Positions 18,754 to 29,699 of a stretch of 64,000 bases of DNA are shown here, one piece after another. The DNA is from Halodesulfurarchaeum sp. (GTDB lineage: Archaea; Halobacteriota; Halobacteria; Halobacteriales; Halobacteriaceae). The stretch lies in the NCBI GenBank assembly GCA_034520565.1, contig JAXHNL010000002.1, positions 192,001-256,000 on the forward strand, written 5' to 3'. Position numbers and translations under genes: made by a program. The notes below the pieces were generated by a model that did no database searches, had not been told where the DNA came from, and was given only the letters and a program-made list of their open reading frames with translations. Each line of letters opens with the position of its first letter. The first letter of the stretch is position 1.

Positions 18754-19750
18754 CCGAACCGGGTCCGTCGGCCGGGTACCCCACGGAAGCGAGCCCGAGA
18801 GGGACGGGATCGACTTCAGCGCGAACGTCAACCCGGAGATCCCCCCCGGAATCGACTCGGTTTACGACTCGGCTTTCGAAGCGAGCCGACACTACCCCCA
18901 GGACGCCGCACCGACATACCGACTGGCGGCCGGGGAGTACGTGGACGTCGATCCACGACGGGTGATCCCGACCGCCGGTGGCCTCGCAGCGATCAGACTC
19001 GCACTCTCGGTCACGCTCTCGCCCGGGGACAGCGTCCTCGTCCCGTTTCCGAGTTTCGGGGAGTACGCCCGCGAGGTGCGCCTCCAGGGGGCTGAACCCG
19101 AGTTCGTGTCCCACGACGAGCTGCTTGCAGCGGACCCCGGCCCCCACGAACTCGCCATCGTCTGCAATCCGAACAACCCGACGGGGGACGCGTACGACGC
19201 TTCGGAGCTCCGGGACTTCGTCGAACGGGCCCGGAACGTCGAAACGCCGGTGCTCGTGGACGAGGCGTTCCTCGGGTTCACCGACGAGCCGAGCCTCGCC
19301 GGCACGGACGGGGTAGTCGTCGCCCGATCGCTGACCAAACTTTTCGGCTTGCCGGGGCTTCGGGCGGGCTTCGCGGTGGCGGCTGGGGACCTCCGGGAGC
19401 GGATGGAGACGGCACGACTCACCTGGAATCTCGGCGTGCCGGCCATGGAAGTGGGCGCCCAGGTCATGCGGGCGACCGAGTTCGTCGAGGAGACCCGTGA
19501 TCGTGTCCGGAGGGAGCGATCCCAGATTCGAGCAACGCTCGAGGACCGGTACGAGATCCACGAGTCCGCTGCCCCGTTCCTCCTGCTCGAGGTCGAGGGG
19601 TCCGTCACCGACCTGCTCGAGCGGGCCCGCGAGCGTGGCGTGATCCTGCGGGACGCGCGGACGTTCCGTGGCCTCGACGCCCACGTCAGAGTCGCGGTCC
19701 GCAAGCCTTCGGAAAACCGCCGGCTGGAGGAGGTATTACTGGATGTTTGA
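18743..19750 (+). CDS. cobD: L-threonine-O-3-phosphate decarboxylase (PLP-dependent)
   Basis: HG..DFSANVNP, CNPNNPTG, VDEAF, RSLTKLFGLPGLRAG. Confidence 0.9.
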   Translation: MDRDRTGSVGRVPHGSEPERDGIDFSANVNPEIPPGIDSVYDSAFEASRHYPQDAAPTYRLAAGEYVDVDPRRVIPTAGGLAAIRLALSVTLSPGDSVLVPFPSFGEYAREVRLQGAEPEFVSHDELLAADPGPHELAIVCNPNNPTGDAYDASELRDFVERARNVETPVLVDEAFLGFTDEPSLAGTDGVVVARSLTKLFGLPGLRAGFAVAAGDLRERMETARLTWNLGVPAMEVGAQVMRATEFVEETRDRVRRERSQIRATLEDRYEIHESAAPFLLLEVEGSVTDLLERARERGVILRDARTFRGLDAHVRVAVRKPSENRRLEEVLLDV

Positions 19751-20447
19751 GACCGAGATTCGGGATGGCGTTTTCCAGGCCCGCTCGCCCGGCGGCCGTT
19801 GGCTCCTCACGGGGTGGAGCGGCGGGTACACCGACGCCGACGCGGTCTACAACGTCTCGGTGCCAGAGGGGTGGGACCGCACGGATCTCGCGGCCTACAC
19901 GACCGAACGGCGGGAAGCGGCCGGGTTCGACACGCCGGGCCGGTCGCTTCTGACCGGCGTCGACATGAAACACGCCGTGGGCGCCGAACTCGATGGCGTC
20001 CGGGTCGTCGCCACCGTCGGGCTCTCGAATCCGGCACACCTCCCGCTGGAGCCGGACGGAACCGTGCCGGCGGGGCTCGTGCCCGAGGAGTCGCCCGAGA
20101 CTGGCACGGTCAACCTGCTCGTGGGCACGGAGCGCGCTTTGGCAGATGGCGCGCTCGCGACGCTGCTGGGAGTCGCCGTCGAGGCGAAAACCGCGACCCT
20201 CCAGGGGTTGACCGGCTTCTCGGGAACGACTTCCGACGCGGTCGCTGTCGGCACCGATCCAGACGGTGTGAAAGCGGCCTTCGCCGGGAGCGCAACGGTC
20301 GTCGGGGACGCCACGAGAGCCGCCGTCCGCGAAGCCGTTCGGGGAAGTTTCGAGTCGCGGTTCGCGACGGAAGCACCACCGACATCGGTCGACTCGGCCG
20401 ACGCCGGGATCGTGACGAGTCGAATGGCCGAGGTGTTCGATCCGTGA
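19743..20447 (+). CDS. cbiZ: Adenosylcobinamide amidohydrolase
   Basis: [29 protein letters not shown]; ATG 19743. Confidence 0.88.
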   Translation: MFETEIRDGVFQARSPGGRWLLTGWSGGYTDADAVYNVSVPEGWDRTDLAAYTTERREAAGFDTPGRSLLTGVDMKHAVGAELDGVRVVATVGLSNPAHLPLEPDGTVPAGLVPEESPETGTVNLLVGTERALADGALATLLGVAVEAKTATLQGLTGFSGTTSDAVAVGTDPDGVKAAFAGSATVVGDATRAAVREAVRGSFESRFATEAPPTSVDSADAGIVTSRMAEVFDP

Positions 20448-22015
20448 CCGAGCCGAGCGGGGGAGAATCCGACGCGACGACGATTCTCGTAGCCGGTACG
20501 GCCAGTCACGTCGGCAAATCCGTCGTGACGGCGGGGCTCGCACGACTGTTGGCCAACAGCGGGGTCGCCGTGGCGCCGTTCAAGGCCCAGAACATGAGCA
20601 ACAACGCTCGCGTGGTCGTCTCGCCGGATCGGGACGGCGAATCCGGAGACTGCGCCGGCACTGCCCGCGACGGGGAAGCCGAATGGGGCGAGATCGGCGT
20701 CTCACAGTACGTCCAGGCCCGGGCGGCCGACGTGACCCCGACGACGGATATGAATCCCGTGCTCCTCAAACCCCGGGGCGACGGCGAGAGCCAGCTCGTC
20801 CTCCACGGGCAGGCGATGGACCACTTCGAGCCCGGAACGTACTACGAGGACCACTGGGGGGCCGCACGGGACGCTGCCGTCGCCTCCCACCGCCGGCTCG
20901 CAGCCGAGTACGACGTAATCGTCGCCGAAGGGGCCGGAAGCGTCGCGGAGATCAACTTGCTCGACCGCGACCTCGCCAACGTCGAGACAGCTCGCTTTGC
21001 CGACGCCGAGATCATCCTGGTCGGCGACATCGAGCGCGGAGGCGTGTTCGCCAGCCTCTATGGCACTCTCGAGTTGATGCCGGCGGATATCCGCGAGCGA
21101 GTGGCCGGGCTCATCATCAACAAGTTCCGCGGCTCGAAAGCCGTCCTCGACCCGGGAATCGAGGAGTTCGAGTCGATGACCGGCGTCCCCGTGCTCGGCG
21201 TGCTCCCGGCCGACGATCCGGGACTCCCAGCGGAGGACAGCGTCTCGCTGCCGGCCGAAGGCGAGTACACCGTGTTCGGGGACGTTGACGGGGTCGACGC
21301 GGACCGGTCGGTCCACGTCGCCGTGCCCCGGATTCCGTTCATCTCGAACTTCACCGACCTCGAACCCCTTTCCGCCGAACCGGGTGTTCGGGTTCACTAC
21401 GTCCCCCTCGACGCCGAGTTGGGGACGTACGACGCGGTCGTGCTCCCGGGCTCGAAAAACACGGTCGACGACCTCCTCGCTTTGCAGGAGGCGGGATTCG
21501 GCCCACGGATTCGGGCCTTCGACGGGCCCGTGGTGGGCATCTGTGCCGGCTACCAGATGCTCGGCGACCGGATCGAGCGCGCCGGCATCGAGAGCACGGC
21601 GGTCGACGGCACCGTCGAGGGGCTCGGGGTGCTCCCCGTCGTGACCGAATTCTCCAGCGAGAAAACGGTCACCCGAACCACCTGCGAGGTCGAGGGTGCA
21701 GGGCCCATCGCGGGAGCGACTGGGCCCACCTCGGGGTACGAGATTCACATGGGCGACACGCGCTTTCTCGTTTCCCTCGAACACCCGCTCGAAGCCACGA
21801 GCGCGCTCGACGGCGACGTCCTTGGGACCTACCTCCACGGGCTCTTCGAGAACCGCTCAGTTCGGGAGGCGTTCGTCCGGACGCTCTTTTCCCGTGCCGG
21901 GCTGGAGCGGCCAGAAGCGAGCGGGCGAGGCAAGTCCCCATACGACCGGGCCGCCACGCTCCTGGAGGCGCATCTCGATTTCGGGCCAGTCGACGGACTC
22001 GGTGAACTTCGGTAA
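20444..22015 (+). CDS. cbiP: Cobyric acid synthase (CbiP/CobQ)
   Basis: [57 protein letters not shown]; GTG start overlaps the cbiZ stop. Confidence 0.93.
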   Translation: MTEPSGGESDATTILVAGTASHVGKSVVTAGLARLLANSGVAVAPFKAQNMSNNARVVVSPDRDGESGDCAGTARDGEAEWGEIGVSQYVQARAADVTPTTDMNPVLLKPRGDGESQLVLHGQAMDHFEPGTYYEDHWGAARDAAVASHRRLAAEYDVIVAEGAGSVAEINLLDRDLANVETARFADAEIILVGDIERGGVFASLYGTLELMPADIRERVAGLIINKFRGSKAVLDPGIEEFESMTGVPVLGVLPADDPGLPAEDSVSLPAEGEYTVFGDVDGVDADRSVHVAVPRIPFISNFTDLEPLSAEPGVRVHYVPLDAELGTYDAVVLPGSKNTVDDLLALQEAGFGPRIRAFDGPVVGICAGYQMLGDRIERAGIESTAVDGTVEGLGVLPVVTEFSSEKTVTRTTCEVEGAGPIAGATGPTSGYEIHMGDTRFLVSLEHPLEATSALDGDVLGTYLHGLFENRSVREAFVRTLFSRAGLERPEASGRGKSPYDRAATLLEAHLDFGPVDGLGELR

Positions 22016-22022
22016 CGCCGAA

Positions 22023-22982
22023 TCAGAACAGGTGTTCTTCCGAGACTTCGACGCCACCGCCCACGCGCCAGACGCGGGTCGGGATCCCCTCGTCCTCGAT
22101 TGCCTGTCGAACCGTCTCGACGTATTCGGCGGTCGTGTTGAGGTACGCGGTCGCGCCGGTATCCGCGGAGAAATAGACAGGGACCCCGTTCTCCCGGAGA
22201 TTGCGGGCGGTCTCGAGGACGGCAAGGGTCTCCGGGCGCCAGTAGAGCCACCCCTCCGGACCCGTCATCGTAACCCCCAGGAGTTCGATCGACTCGCGCT
22301 CTGCGATGGCGAAGGTGGCCTCGAAGTCCCCCGTCCGAATCGCCCGGCGGAGGTCGGCACTCGTCTCGTGCACGCCGGCCAGTCGGGCTTCGAAGTACGG
22401 CGAGTCCGGGGTCGTCGCGTGAGCGCGCGAGGTGTACTTTCGCTCCGGCAGCGAGGCGATGACGATTCGGATGTCCGCGTCGAACCCGGCGGGAATCGCT
22501 TTCGCGACGGCTGCCTCGGGCGCATCCTGGGTCTTTAGATGTGCGAATCCGCCGACGACGCTCCGGGCGGCGGAAGCAGCTCCCCGTCTGGCGAGACGGG
22601 AGAGTTCCGCTCTGGACGGGTCGAGACCGGCCGCGTCGGCCGCGGCCCTGGCCAGGGCCGCGTAGGCCGAGGCCGAGGCGCCGAGGCCGACGTTCGACTC
22701 GAAGGTGTTCTCGGAGACGACCCGCGCGCCGCTGTCCAGTCCGGACTGCCCACGAACGAGGTCCAGCACCTCCCGTGCCCGGCCAGCGCCCTCCTCGTCG
22801 ATCGGCTCGCCGTCGACGAGGATCGAATCGGCGTCGTGGCCGAACTCGACCGTGGTCGTGGTCCGGGAGGGGGCCGTACAGACCGAGATCGAGTCGTGGG
22901 CCGGGACGTTCCGCGACGGATCGCGGAACCCGTGGTACTTCAACAGGCCCTGGATCGGATGTGCGACGGCGGTCGCCTTCAT
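22023..22982 (-). CDS. mvaD: Phosphomevalonate decarboxylase (haloarchaeal mevalonate pathway)
   Basis: MKATAVAHPIQGLLKYHG, HDSISVCTAP, GHMP motif SNVGLGASASAYAAL, YFSADTGA. Confidence 0.92.
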   Translation of the reverse strand: MKATAVAHPIQGLLKYHGFRDPSRNVPAHDSISVCTAPSRTTTTVEFGHDADSILVDGEPIDEEGAGRAREVLDLVRGQSGLDSGARVVSENTFESNVGLGASASAYAALARAAADAAGLDPSRAELSRLARRGAASAARSVVGGFAHLKTQDAPEAAVAKAIPAGFDADIRIVIASLPERKYTSRAHATTPDSPYFEARLAGVHETSADLRRAIRTGDFEATFAIAERESIELLGVTMTGPEGWLYWRPETLAVLETARNLRENGVPVYFSADTGATAYLNTTAEYVETVRQAIEDEGIPTRVWRVGGGVEVSEEHLF

Positions 22983-23124
22983 GGCCTGTCGAAACGGTAC
23001 GGCCACCGCCCAATAACCAGTTCCGGTCTCGCCGGGCACTCGTCAGTCCCGACGAAGTGGACACTCCAGCCGGCGAATTACCGCCACGGGCACGGTTAAC
23101 TTCGTGGGGCCCATTTCCGGCAGT

Positions 23125-24015
23125 ATGAACATCTTGGTCACCGGAGCGACCGGCTTCATCGGAAGCAACCTGGTGCCGGCCCTGTTGGAGCAGGGACACG
23201 ACGTCTCGGCGCTCACCAGGGACCGGGAGCGGGGACGAGCCCAGTTGGATTCACGGGTCGACGTCCGCGAAGGTGACGTGTTGGCCCCCGAGACCCTCGA
23301 TGGGGTCTTCGAGGATTGCGAGGTGGTCTACTACCTCATCCATTCCCTCGGCATCGGTGACGAGTTCGAAGAACGGGACAAGCGGGCCGCCGAGAACTTC
23401 GCCGAGGCCGCAAGCGTGGCGGGGGTCGACCGGGTGATCTATCTCGGTGGACTCGGGGAAACCGGCGAGGACCTCTCACCCCATCTCCGGTCCAGACAGG
23501 AGGTCGAAGAAACCCTGCGAACCGGGAGCTACGATCTCACGGGCTTCCGGGCCGCGATCGTGGTGGGTGCGGGGAGTGCGAGTTTCGAGATGGTCCGTCA
23601 GATGGTCTCCAGACTGCCGGTGATGATCACGCCGAAGTGGGTCAGAACGCCCTCCCAGCCCATCGCGATTTCGGACGTGGTGGAATACCTCGTCGGGGCC
23701 CTCGATGTACCCGAAACCCGCGGTGAGACCCTCGAAATCGGCGGCCCCGAAGTGCTCTCCTATCAGGAAATGATGGAGCGCACGGCGGCGGCGATGGGGC
23801 GGCGGCTTTACATTGTGCCCGTCCCGGTGCTCACGCCCAAACTCTCGGTGTACTGGATCGACCTGGTAACCGACACGCCGAAACACATCTCACACCCGTT
23901 GATCGAGGGACTGCGCAATCCGGTCGTCGTTCGCGACGACCGAGCCCAGGCGCTGCTGCCGATCGAGCGAACGCCCTTCGACGAGGCCGTCCGGCGGGCC
24001 ATCGAAGCCGAATGA
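23125..24015 (+). CDS. Atypical SDR / NAD(P)-binding epimerase-like protein
   Basis: ILVTGATGFIG, YYLIHS, IYLGGLG, LSPHLRSR, QPIAISD. Confidence 0.85.
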   Translation: MNILVTGATGFIGSNLVPALLEQGHDVSALTRDRERGRAQLDSRVDVREGDVLAPETLDGVFEDCEVVYYLIHSLGIGDEFEERDKRAAENFAEAASVAGVDRVIYLGGLGETGEDLSPHLRSRQEVEETLRTGSYDLTGFRAAIVVGAGSASFEMVRQMVSRLPVMITPKWVRTPSQPIAISDVVEYLVGALDVPETRGETLEIGGPEVLSYQEMMERTAAAMGRRLYIVPVPVLTPKLSVYWIDLVTDTPKHISHPLIEGLRNPVVVRDDRAQALLPIERTPFDEAVRRAIEAE

Positions 24016-24746
24016 CCCGGCCAAAGTCGTCTCGTGGTGCCAGGAGTCGGTCTCGACCACCCGGTGACCGCGAATGGGTCTACGAGAGCATCGTGCGGAG
24101 CGTCCCCGGGGTCAACACGTCCCGGCGGGTCGCCGTCGCCGTCCAGTTTCTCGCCTTCGAGGCCGCCGTGCTTGGGTTTGGCTGGTATCACGGGTTGTGG
24201 AAGGCCGCACTCGCGGGGACGGCCGGGGTGCTCGTCGCCGTCGCCGGCAGCCTGTTCATGCTCCGGCTCTCACGGGGTCTCAAAAGCGGCGAGGGGCCGG
24301 ACCGGTACGTCGACCTCCTCTTCGGTTCGAGTATCGAACTCGTCCTCGGGCTGGTCTCCTTCACGATGTTGATCGTGTACGCCTTCGTGTACGACCCCCA
24401 GGGGGCCGGTCCGGCCCTCGTCGCCGATCTCCTCGGGGACCCCCCACCACTCGCGTTCACGTTCGTGCTCCTGCTCGTCGGCTGGGACGTCGCCTACCGG
24501 ATCGGAGTCGGGTGGTGGGCCAGTGTCACGGGGCTGTGGCGCTCGGTCGCCATGGCCGAGTCGCTCTCCGAATCGGCGCGTCGCCGCTTTACCAGGCTGG
24601 ACGCGATGACGATCGGGTTCGCCAGCTTGCAGCTGGTGCTGGTGCCGATTCTCGGTGGCCACCCGCTCGTCCAGATCGCCCTGCTGGGGCACGTCTTTGC
24701 CGTCGCGTTGGTTTCCGGGACGTCGATCCTGCTCCTCAACCGATGA
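24012..24746 (+). CDS. Hypothetical multi-pass membrane protein (haloarchaeal type)
   Basis: Several hydrophobic helices; WVYESIV and WDVAYRIG motifs; ATGA overlap with the upstream gene. Confidence 0.7.
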   Translation: MTRPKSSRGARSRSRPPGDREWVYESIVRSVPGVNTSRRVAVAVQFLAFEAAVLGFGWYHGLWKAALAGTAGVLVAVAGSLFMLRLSRGLKSGEGPDRYVDLLFGSSIELVLGLVSFTMLIVYAFVYDPQGAGPALVADLLGDPPPLAFTFVLLLVGWDVAYRIGVGWWASVTGLWRSVAMAESLSESARRRFTRLDAMTIGFASLQLVLVPILGGHPLVQIALLGHVFAVALVSGTSILLLNR

Positions 24747-24788
24747 GGATACCAGGCGGTTGGGTTTTCCCGGTCCCAACCGAAGGTC

Positions 24789-25280
24789 ATGGCGATGACC
24801 CGCGCTCGGTCCTGGCTGCTCGCTCTTTTCCTGCTCGTGATGGCCATGACGCTGGTCGTGGGCGGGCCGGTCGGGGAGGTCCGCGTCGGCGAGCACGCGC
24901 CGGCCGGGGCGGAGTACGCGACAGTCACGTTCGTGGACGAATCCGGCAGCGAGCTGGGACAGGTATCGGGCCCCGTCCTCGACAACCGATCCGAGCGATA
25001 CACCGGCCTCAGCGAGACCGAGAGCCTCGATCCGAACGAGGGAATGATTTTCGTCTACGACGACGAAGCCACGCGGAGCTTCGTCATGCAGAACATGTCC
25101 TTCCCCCTGGACATCATCTTCGTCGGGGCCGACCGGCGGATCACCGTGATCCACCACGCGGCCGTCGACGACGAGGGACGGTTCACTGGTAAGGCCCGGT
25201 GGGTCATCGAGGTCAATCGCGGGTACACCGACGAGCACGGCGTGTCCGTCGGCGACGAGGTCCAGGGCCTCCCGCGGTGA
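24789..25280 (+). CDS. DUF192 family exported protein
   Basis: Signal peptide; ERYTGLS, GMIFVY, FVMQNMSFPLDIIF, VIEVNRG. Confidence 0.85.
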   Translation: MAMTRARSWLLALFLLVMAMTLVVGGPVGEVRVGEHAPAGAEYATVTFVDESGSELGQVSGPVLDNRSERYTGLSETESLDPNEGMIFVYDDEATRSFVMQNMSFPLDIIFVGADRRITVIHHAAVDDEGRFTGKARWVIEVNRGYTDEHGVSVGDEVQGLPR

Positions 25281-25342
25281 AACATCCACAGGACGGGGGG
25301 ATTCGACAACCCTTTTGAACGAACGCGGCCCCACATTGACGT

Positions 25343-27277
25343 ATGGCCTATTCCGCCGACGAGGACGACCCCTTCGAGGACGTCCGGGAGCAGGCCTCGA
25401 ACCCGATGGAGCGCCTGTTCGTCGGCTACGGCGGGTCGTATTTTCCCTACTTCCTCGTCGGAGTCATCACGAGCGTCTTCGCCCGGCTGCTCGACCTCCT
25501 GCCGCCGATTCTCCTGGGGATCGCCATCGACTCGGTCTTTCGCGATACCGTGCCCTTCGATTCCAGGCTCCCCATCTCGTGGTTCCCCGATCCCTGGCTC
25601 CCCGTCACCCCCGAAGGGAAGTTCTGGTTCACCGTCGGGCTGATCGCCTTCAGCTTCGCCGGCGCGGCGATCTTCCACTGGACCCGCAACTGGGGCTGGA
25701 ACTCCTTCGCCCAGAAGATCCAGCACGACGTGCGCACCGACACCTACGACGAGATGCAGCGACTGGACATGCGCTTTTTCGCCGACAAGCAGACCGGGGA
25801 GCTGATGTCGATCCTCTCGAACGACGTCAACCGCCTCGAGCGCTTCCTCAACGAGGGAATGAACGGGGCACTTCGACTGGGGGTCATGGTGCTCGGGATC
25901 GGTGGGGTGCTGTTCGCGCTCAACTGGCAACTTGCGCTCGTCGCACTGCTGCCGGTTCCCCTGATCGCCGGGTTCACGTACGTCTTCGTGCGCCTGATCC
26001 AGCCGAAGTACGCCACCGTGCGGGCCTCCGTGGGAACGCTCAACTCCCGACTGGAGAACAACCTCGGGGGAATTTCAGTGATCAAGAGCTCGAACACCGA
26101 GGCCTACGAGTCCGAACGGGTCGAGGACGTCTCGATGGAGTACTACGACGCCAACTGGGACGCGATCCGGACCCGGATCACCTTCTTCCCCGGCCTCCGC
26201 TTGCTCGCCGGAATCGGCTTCGTGATCACGTTCACGGTCGGTGGTCTGTGGGTCTTTCGCGGGGTTGCCCCCGGTCCGTTTTCCGGCACGCTCGAGGTCG
26301 GGAGCTTCGTCACGTTCATCCTCCTGACCCAGCAGTTCATCTGGCCGATGGCCCAGTTCGGTCAGATCATCAACATGTACCAGCGGGCCCGGGCCTCCGC
26401 CGAGCGCATCTTCGGACTGATGGACGAGCCCAGCCAGATCCCCGAGGATCCCGACGCGCCGGCCCTCGAGGTGACCGACGGCGAGGTCGTCTTCGACGCG
26501 GTGAGTTTCGGCTACGAGGAGGAGGGCATTCTGAAAGATCTCTCCTTTCGGGCGGAAAGTGGGGACACGCTGGCGCTCGTCGGACCGACTGGTGCCGGGA
26601 AATCGACTGCACTCAAGCTCCTGTTACGCATGTACGACGTGGACGACGGCGCGATCCGCATCGACGGACAGGACATCCGTTCGGTCTCCCGGTCCAGCCT
26701 CCGCTCGCATATCGGCTACGTCAGCCAGGACACCTTCCTCTTCTACGGGACGGTCATGGAGAACATTCGGTACGGGGCAAGGGACGCCACAGATGAGGAG
26801 ATCATCGAGGCCGCGAAGGCGGCCCGGGCCCACGAGTTCATCGAGAACCTGCCCGAGGGGTATGACACCAAGGTGGGCGAACGCGGTGTCAAACTCTCCG
26901 GCGGCCAGCGCCAGCGTGTCGCGATCGCCCGGGCGGTCCTGGCGGACCCGAAGATCCTGATCCTCGATGAGGCGACCTCCGACGTCGACACCGAGACGGA
27001 GATGCTCATCCAGCGGAGTTTGCGCGAACTCACCGAAGACCGGACGACCTTCGCAATCGCCCACCGGCTCTCGACAGTCAAGGACGCCGAGACGATCGTC
27101 GTGCTGGACGAAGGGCAGGTCGTCGAGCAGGGCACCCACGAGGAGTTGCTCGAGGAGGGGGGCCTGTACGCCAACCTCTGGGGCGTCCAGGCCGGCGAAA
27201 TCGAGGATCTGCCCGATGCGTTCGTCGATCGCGCCCGCGAGCGACTGATCGACGGCGAGCTCGAGTTCGAGGACTGA
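25343..27277 (+). CDS. ABC exporter, fused permease/ATP-binding protein
   Basis: TM domain followed by GPTGAGKS, LSGGQRQR, ILDEATS, IAHRLST. Confidence 0.93.
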   Translation: MAYSADEDDPFEDVREQASNPMERLFVGYGGSYFPYFLVGVITSVFARLLDLLPPILLGIAIDSVFRDTVPFDSRLPISWFPDPWLPVTPEGKFWFTVGLIAFSFAGAAIFHWTRNWGWNSFAQKIQHDVRTDTYDEMQRLDMRFFADKQTGELMSILSNDVNRLERFLNEGMNGALRLGVMVLGIGGVLFALNWQLALVALLPVPLIAGFTYVFVRLIQPKYATVRASVGTLNSRLENNLGGISVIKSSNTEAYESERVEDVSMEYYDANWDAIRTRITFFPGLRLLAGIGFVITFTVGGLWVFRGVAPGPFSGTLEVGSFVTFILLTQQFIWPMAQFGQIINMYQRARASAERIFGLMDEPSQIPEDPDAPALEVTDGEVVFDAVSFGYEEEGILKDLSFRAESGDTLALVGPTGAGKSTALKLLLRMYDVDDGAIRIDGQDIRSVSRSSLRSHIGYVSQDTFLFYGTVMENIRYGARDATDEEIIEAAKAARAHEFIENLPEGYDTKVGERGVKLSGGQRQRVAIARAVLADPKILILDEATSDVDTETEMLIQRSLRELTEDRTTFAIAHRLSTVKDAETIVVLDEGQVVEQGTHEELLEEGGLYANLWGVQAGEIEDLPDAFVDRARERLIDGELEFED

Positions 27278-27342
27278 TCGAGTCCGTCTTCCCCGGACAC
27301 GCGAACGGGGTGTTTTTTGGTCTCGCCCGCCGCCCACTGCAC

Positions 27343-28077
27343 ATGGACCTCCACGCGAGCACCTGGACCGACGTCGACGCGGCCGGGACCGACCTGGCTC
27401 TCCTCCCCGTCGGCAGCACCGAGCAACACGGGCCCCACGACCCGCTCGGGACGGACTTCCTGACCGCCGGGCGGGTCGCGAGCGAAACCGCCGACCGAAT
27501 GGCGGATTCCGTCATGGTCGCGCCGCCGGTTCCGGTCGGAATCTCCGAAGAGCACAGCCAGTTCACCGGAACGCTCTGGGTCGCCCCGGACACGTTCCGG
27601 TCCTACGTCCGGGAGGTCGCCGAATCGCTCGTGCATCACGGCTGGAACCGGATCGTCCTCGTCAACGGGCACGGTGGAAACGTGCCGGCACTCGGGGAGG
27701 TGGCCGCTGATCTCTCCCGGCAGTCCGAGGCTCTCGTCGTCCCGTTCACCTGGTTCGATGCCGTCGACGGCCAGTTCGACATGGGCCATGCCGGCCCGAT
27801 CGAGACCTCCTTCCTCCTCCACACCCATCCCGAACTGGTCCGCGAGGATCGGCTCGAAGCGGGCCGTGACGGCGGGACGGACAGCTGGGGAGAGTGGGTC
27901 TCCGGGACGAATCTGGCCCACGACGCCGCCGAGTTCACCGAGAACGGGACGGTCGGCGACCCGACGAAGGCGAGTGCCGAGGCGGGCGAAAACCTGCTCG
28001 ATGGGGCCGTCACGGCGCTCGAAGCCCTCCTCGAGGCGGTCGCGGAGCGGCCCGTCGAAAAGCCAACCCACCGATAG
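27343..28077 (+). CDS. Creatininase-family amidohydrolase (ArfB-like)
   Basis: PVGSTEQHGPH..GTD, NGHGGN, GHAG..ETS. Confidence 0.85.
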   Translation: MDLHASTWTDVDAAGTDLALLPVGSTEQHGPHDPLGTDFLTAGRVASETADRMADSVMVAPPVPVGISEEHSQFTGTLWVAPDTFRSYVREVAESLVHHGWNRIVLVNGHGGNVPALGEVAADLSRQSEALVVPFTWFDAVDGQFDMGHAGPIETSFLLHTHPELVREDRLEAGRDGGTDSWGEWVSGTNLAHDAAEFTENGTVGDPTKASAEAGENLLDGAVTALEALLEAVAERPVEKPTHR

Positions 28078-28145
28078 TCGTCCATCCGGCCGGCCAGGAC
28101 CACCGCAAAGAACGATGCTGTCGTCACCGGTCGTCCCCCGATCGC

Positions 28146-28481
28146 TTACTCGACCGCGTCGAGGGTCATCAGCGGGTAGCCATCGACCATCGTCATGGAT
28201 CCCCGGGCTCGTTTCCCCTCCATCGCGACGACCACGTCGACGTTCATGTGCCGGCCCGCCAACCCGGTGTAGCCATACGGGCCGACGTCCGCGGCGACGG
28301 CCTCGCGGTCGATTGTCACCGTGACCGTCTCGCAGTGAGGCTGGTTCTCAATTGACTCCTCGATTGCGGTCTCGAGACTCGCCGCACTCGATTCGCCGAC
28401 CGGCGTCCCTATGAACTGGTGAAAGAGGGCGCCGAACTTGATGCCGAGTTCGAAACTCGCCTGCTCGCCGTCGGTGGGCAT
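28146..28481 (-). CDS. mptD: Archaeal dihydroneopterin aldolase
   Basis: FELGIKFGALFHQFIGTPV, AIEESIENQP, YPLM. Confidence 0.88.
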   Translation of the reverse strand: MPTDGEQASFELGIKFGALFHQFIGTPVGESSAASLETAIEESIENQPHCETVTVTIDREAVAADVGPYGYTGLAGRHMNVDVVVAMEGKRARGSMTMVDGYPLMTLDAVE

Positions 28482-28565
28482 GGCAGACACCTGTGGGGAC
28501 AGCGGCAAAGCCGTTCGGGTTCGAACCACATCCTACTTATTCCCGCTTGCCTACTCATCACTCGA

Positions 28566-29339
28566 ATGGACGAGCCGGTACTGCTGACCGGGGCTGCCGG
28601 GCGGGTCGGCACCGCGATCAGGGAGAAGATCGGCGAGAAGTACGACTTTCGCCTCCTCGACCGCGAGCCGCCCGCCGAACCCGTCTCCCACCCGCTTTAC
28701 GTCGGCGACATCACCGAACGGGACACCCTCGAGGAGGCGATGGAGGGAGTCTCGGTGGTCGTCCACCTCGCGGGTGACCCGCGCACGGACGCCCCGTGGG
28801 AGAGCGTCCTCCGGAACAACATCGACGGGACCCGGATGGTCTTCGACGTCGCGGTCGAAGCCGGGGTAGAGAAGGTGATCTTCGCCTCGACGAATCACGC
28901 CGTCGGCCATTACGAGACCGATCGCGAGCCCGAGATCTACCGGACCGACGACGAGTTCCGCCTCGACGGCACCGAACTGCCCCGGCCCAGCAACCTCTAC
29001 GGCGTGAGCAAGGCCGCGGGGGAGACCCTCGGACGCTACTACCACGACGAGTACGGGATCAGCGTCCTGAACGTCCGGATTGGGAATCTCACGAAGGACC
29101 ACCCGCCGCGGAACTACGAGCGCGGGCAGGCGATGTGGCTCTCCCACCGGGACTGTGCCCACCTCTTCGATCGGGCGATCGAGGCCGAGTACGGCTTCGA
29201 GATCGTCTACGGGATCTCCGACAACGACCGGAAGTTCTACTCCCTGGAGCGAGCGCGGGAGGTGCTGGGGTACGAGCCACGGGACAACTCCGGGGAGTAC
29301 ACGTTAAGCGGGGAGCCGAAAGACGGCGACGACTTGTAG
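28566..29339 (+). CDS. azf: NAD-dependent glucose-6-phosphate dehydrogenase (Azf, SDR family)
   Basis: LLTGAAGRVG, HLAGDPR, FASTNHAVG, YGVSK, RIGN, ERGQAMWLS; divergent from mptD as in other haloarchaea. Confidence 0.85.
   Translation: MDEPVLLTGAAGRVGTAIREKIGEKYDFRLLDREPPAEPVSHPLYVGDITERDTLEEAMEGVSVVVHLAGDPRTDAPWESVLRNNIDGTRMVFDVAVEAGVEKVIFASTNHAVGHYETDREPEIYRTDDEFRLDGTELPRPSNLYGVSKAAGETLGRYYHDEYGISVLNVRIGNLTKDHPPRNYERGQAMWLSHRDCAHLFDRAIEAEYGFEIVYGISDNDRKFYSLERAREVLGYEPRDNSGEYTLSGEPKDGDDL
29237..29302 (+). repeat. Direct repeat, copy 1 (3' end of azf)
   Basis: 60/66 identical to 34357-34421 (manual alignment); first 19 bp CTACTCCCTGGAGCGAGCG identical. Confidence 0.85.
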
Positions 29340-29699
29340 GTTGCCGATTGGTCGAATAATCCCGCTCCTGTAGCGTGTCGAAAGCCGCCTCTCGCGGGAC
29401 GGCATTTTCGTAGGCATACACGCCGGGTAGGGGGGTAGATTCCATCGGGCGGTTCGTCCGTAGGTTCGCCGGGAGGGTCTTAGAAGTTGGCCCTAAAATT
29501 GGTTTAGAAGGGTTGCGTCGACTGATTACAGACAAATCGATACTCCAGAGTCATACAATCTGTTGAAACTGCTTGGATGGTGATGAGAATAGGTTGCAAG
29601 ATATCGGGCCTGTATGCAGCATGCTGGTTCCGTGGCGACAGGCCATTATCGGTGGTGCCCACCAAACGGGTTTTCACTTTGGCCTTGGAGGTGGAGTGC

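Noticed and set aside
19799-20443. Arg-rich N-terminal extension of CbiP (738-aa ORF)
   Set aside because: Overlaps cbiZ in another frame; the real start is the GTG at 20444 overlapping the cbiZ stop
29340-29535. Minus-strand ORF fragment (MESTPLPGVYAYENAVP...) at the island's left edge as an integrase remnant
   Set aside because: No tyrosine or serine recombinase motifs recognisable; it runs antisense into azf
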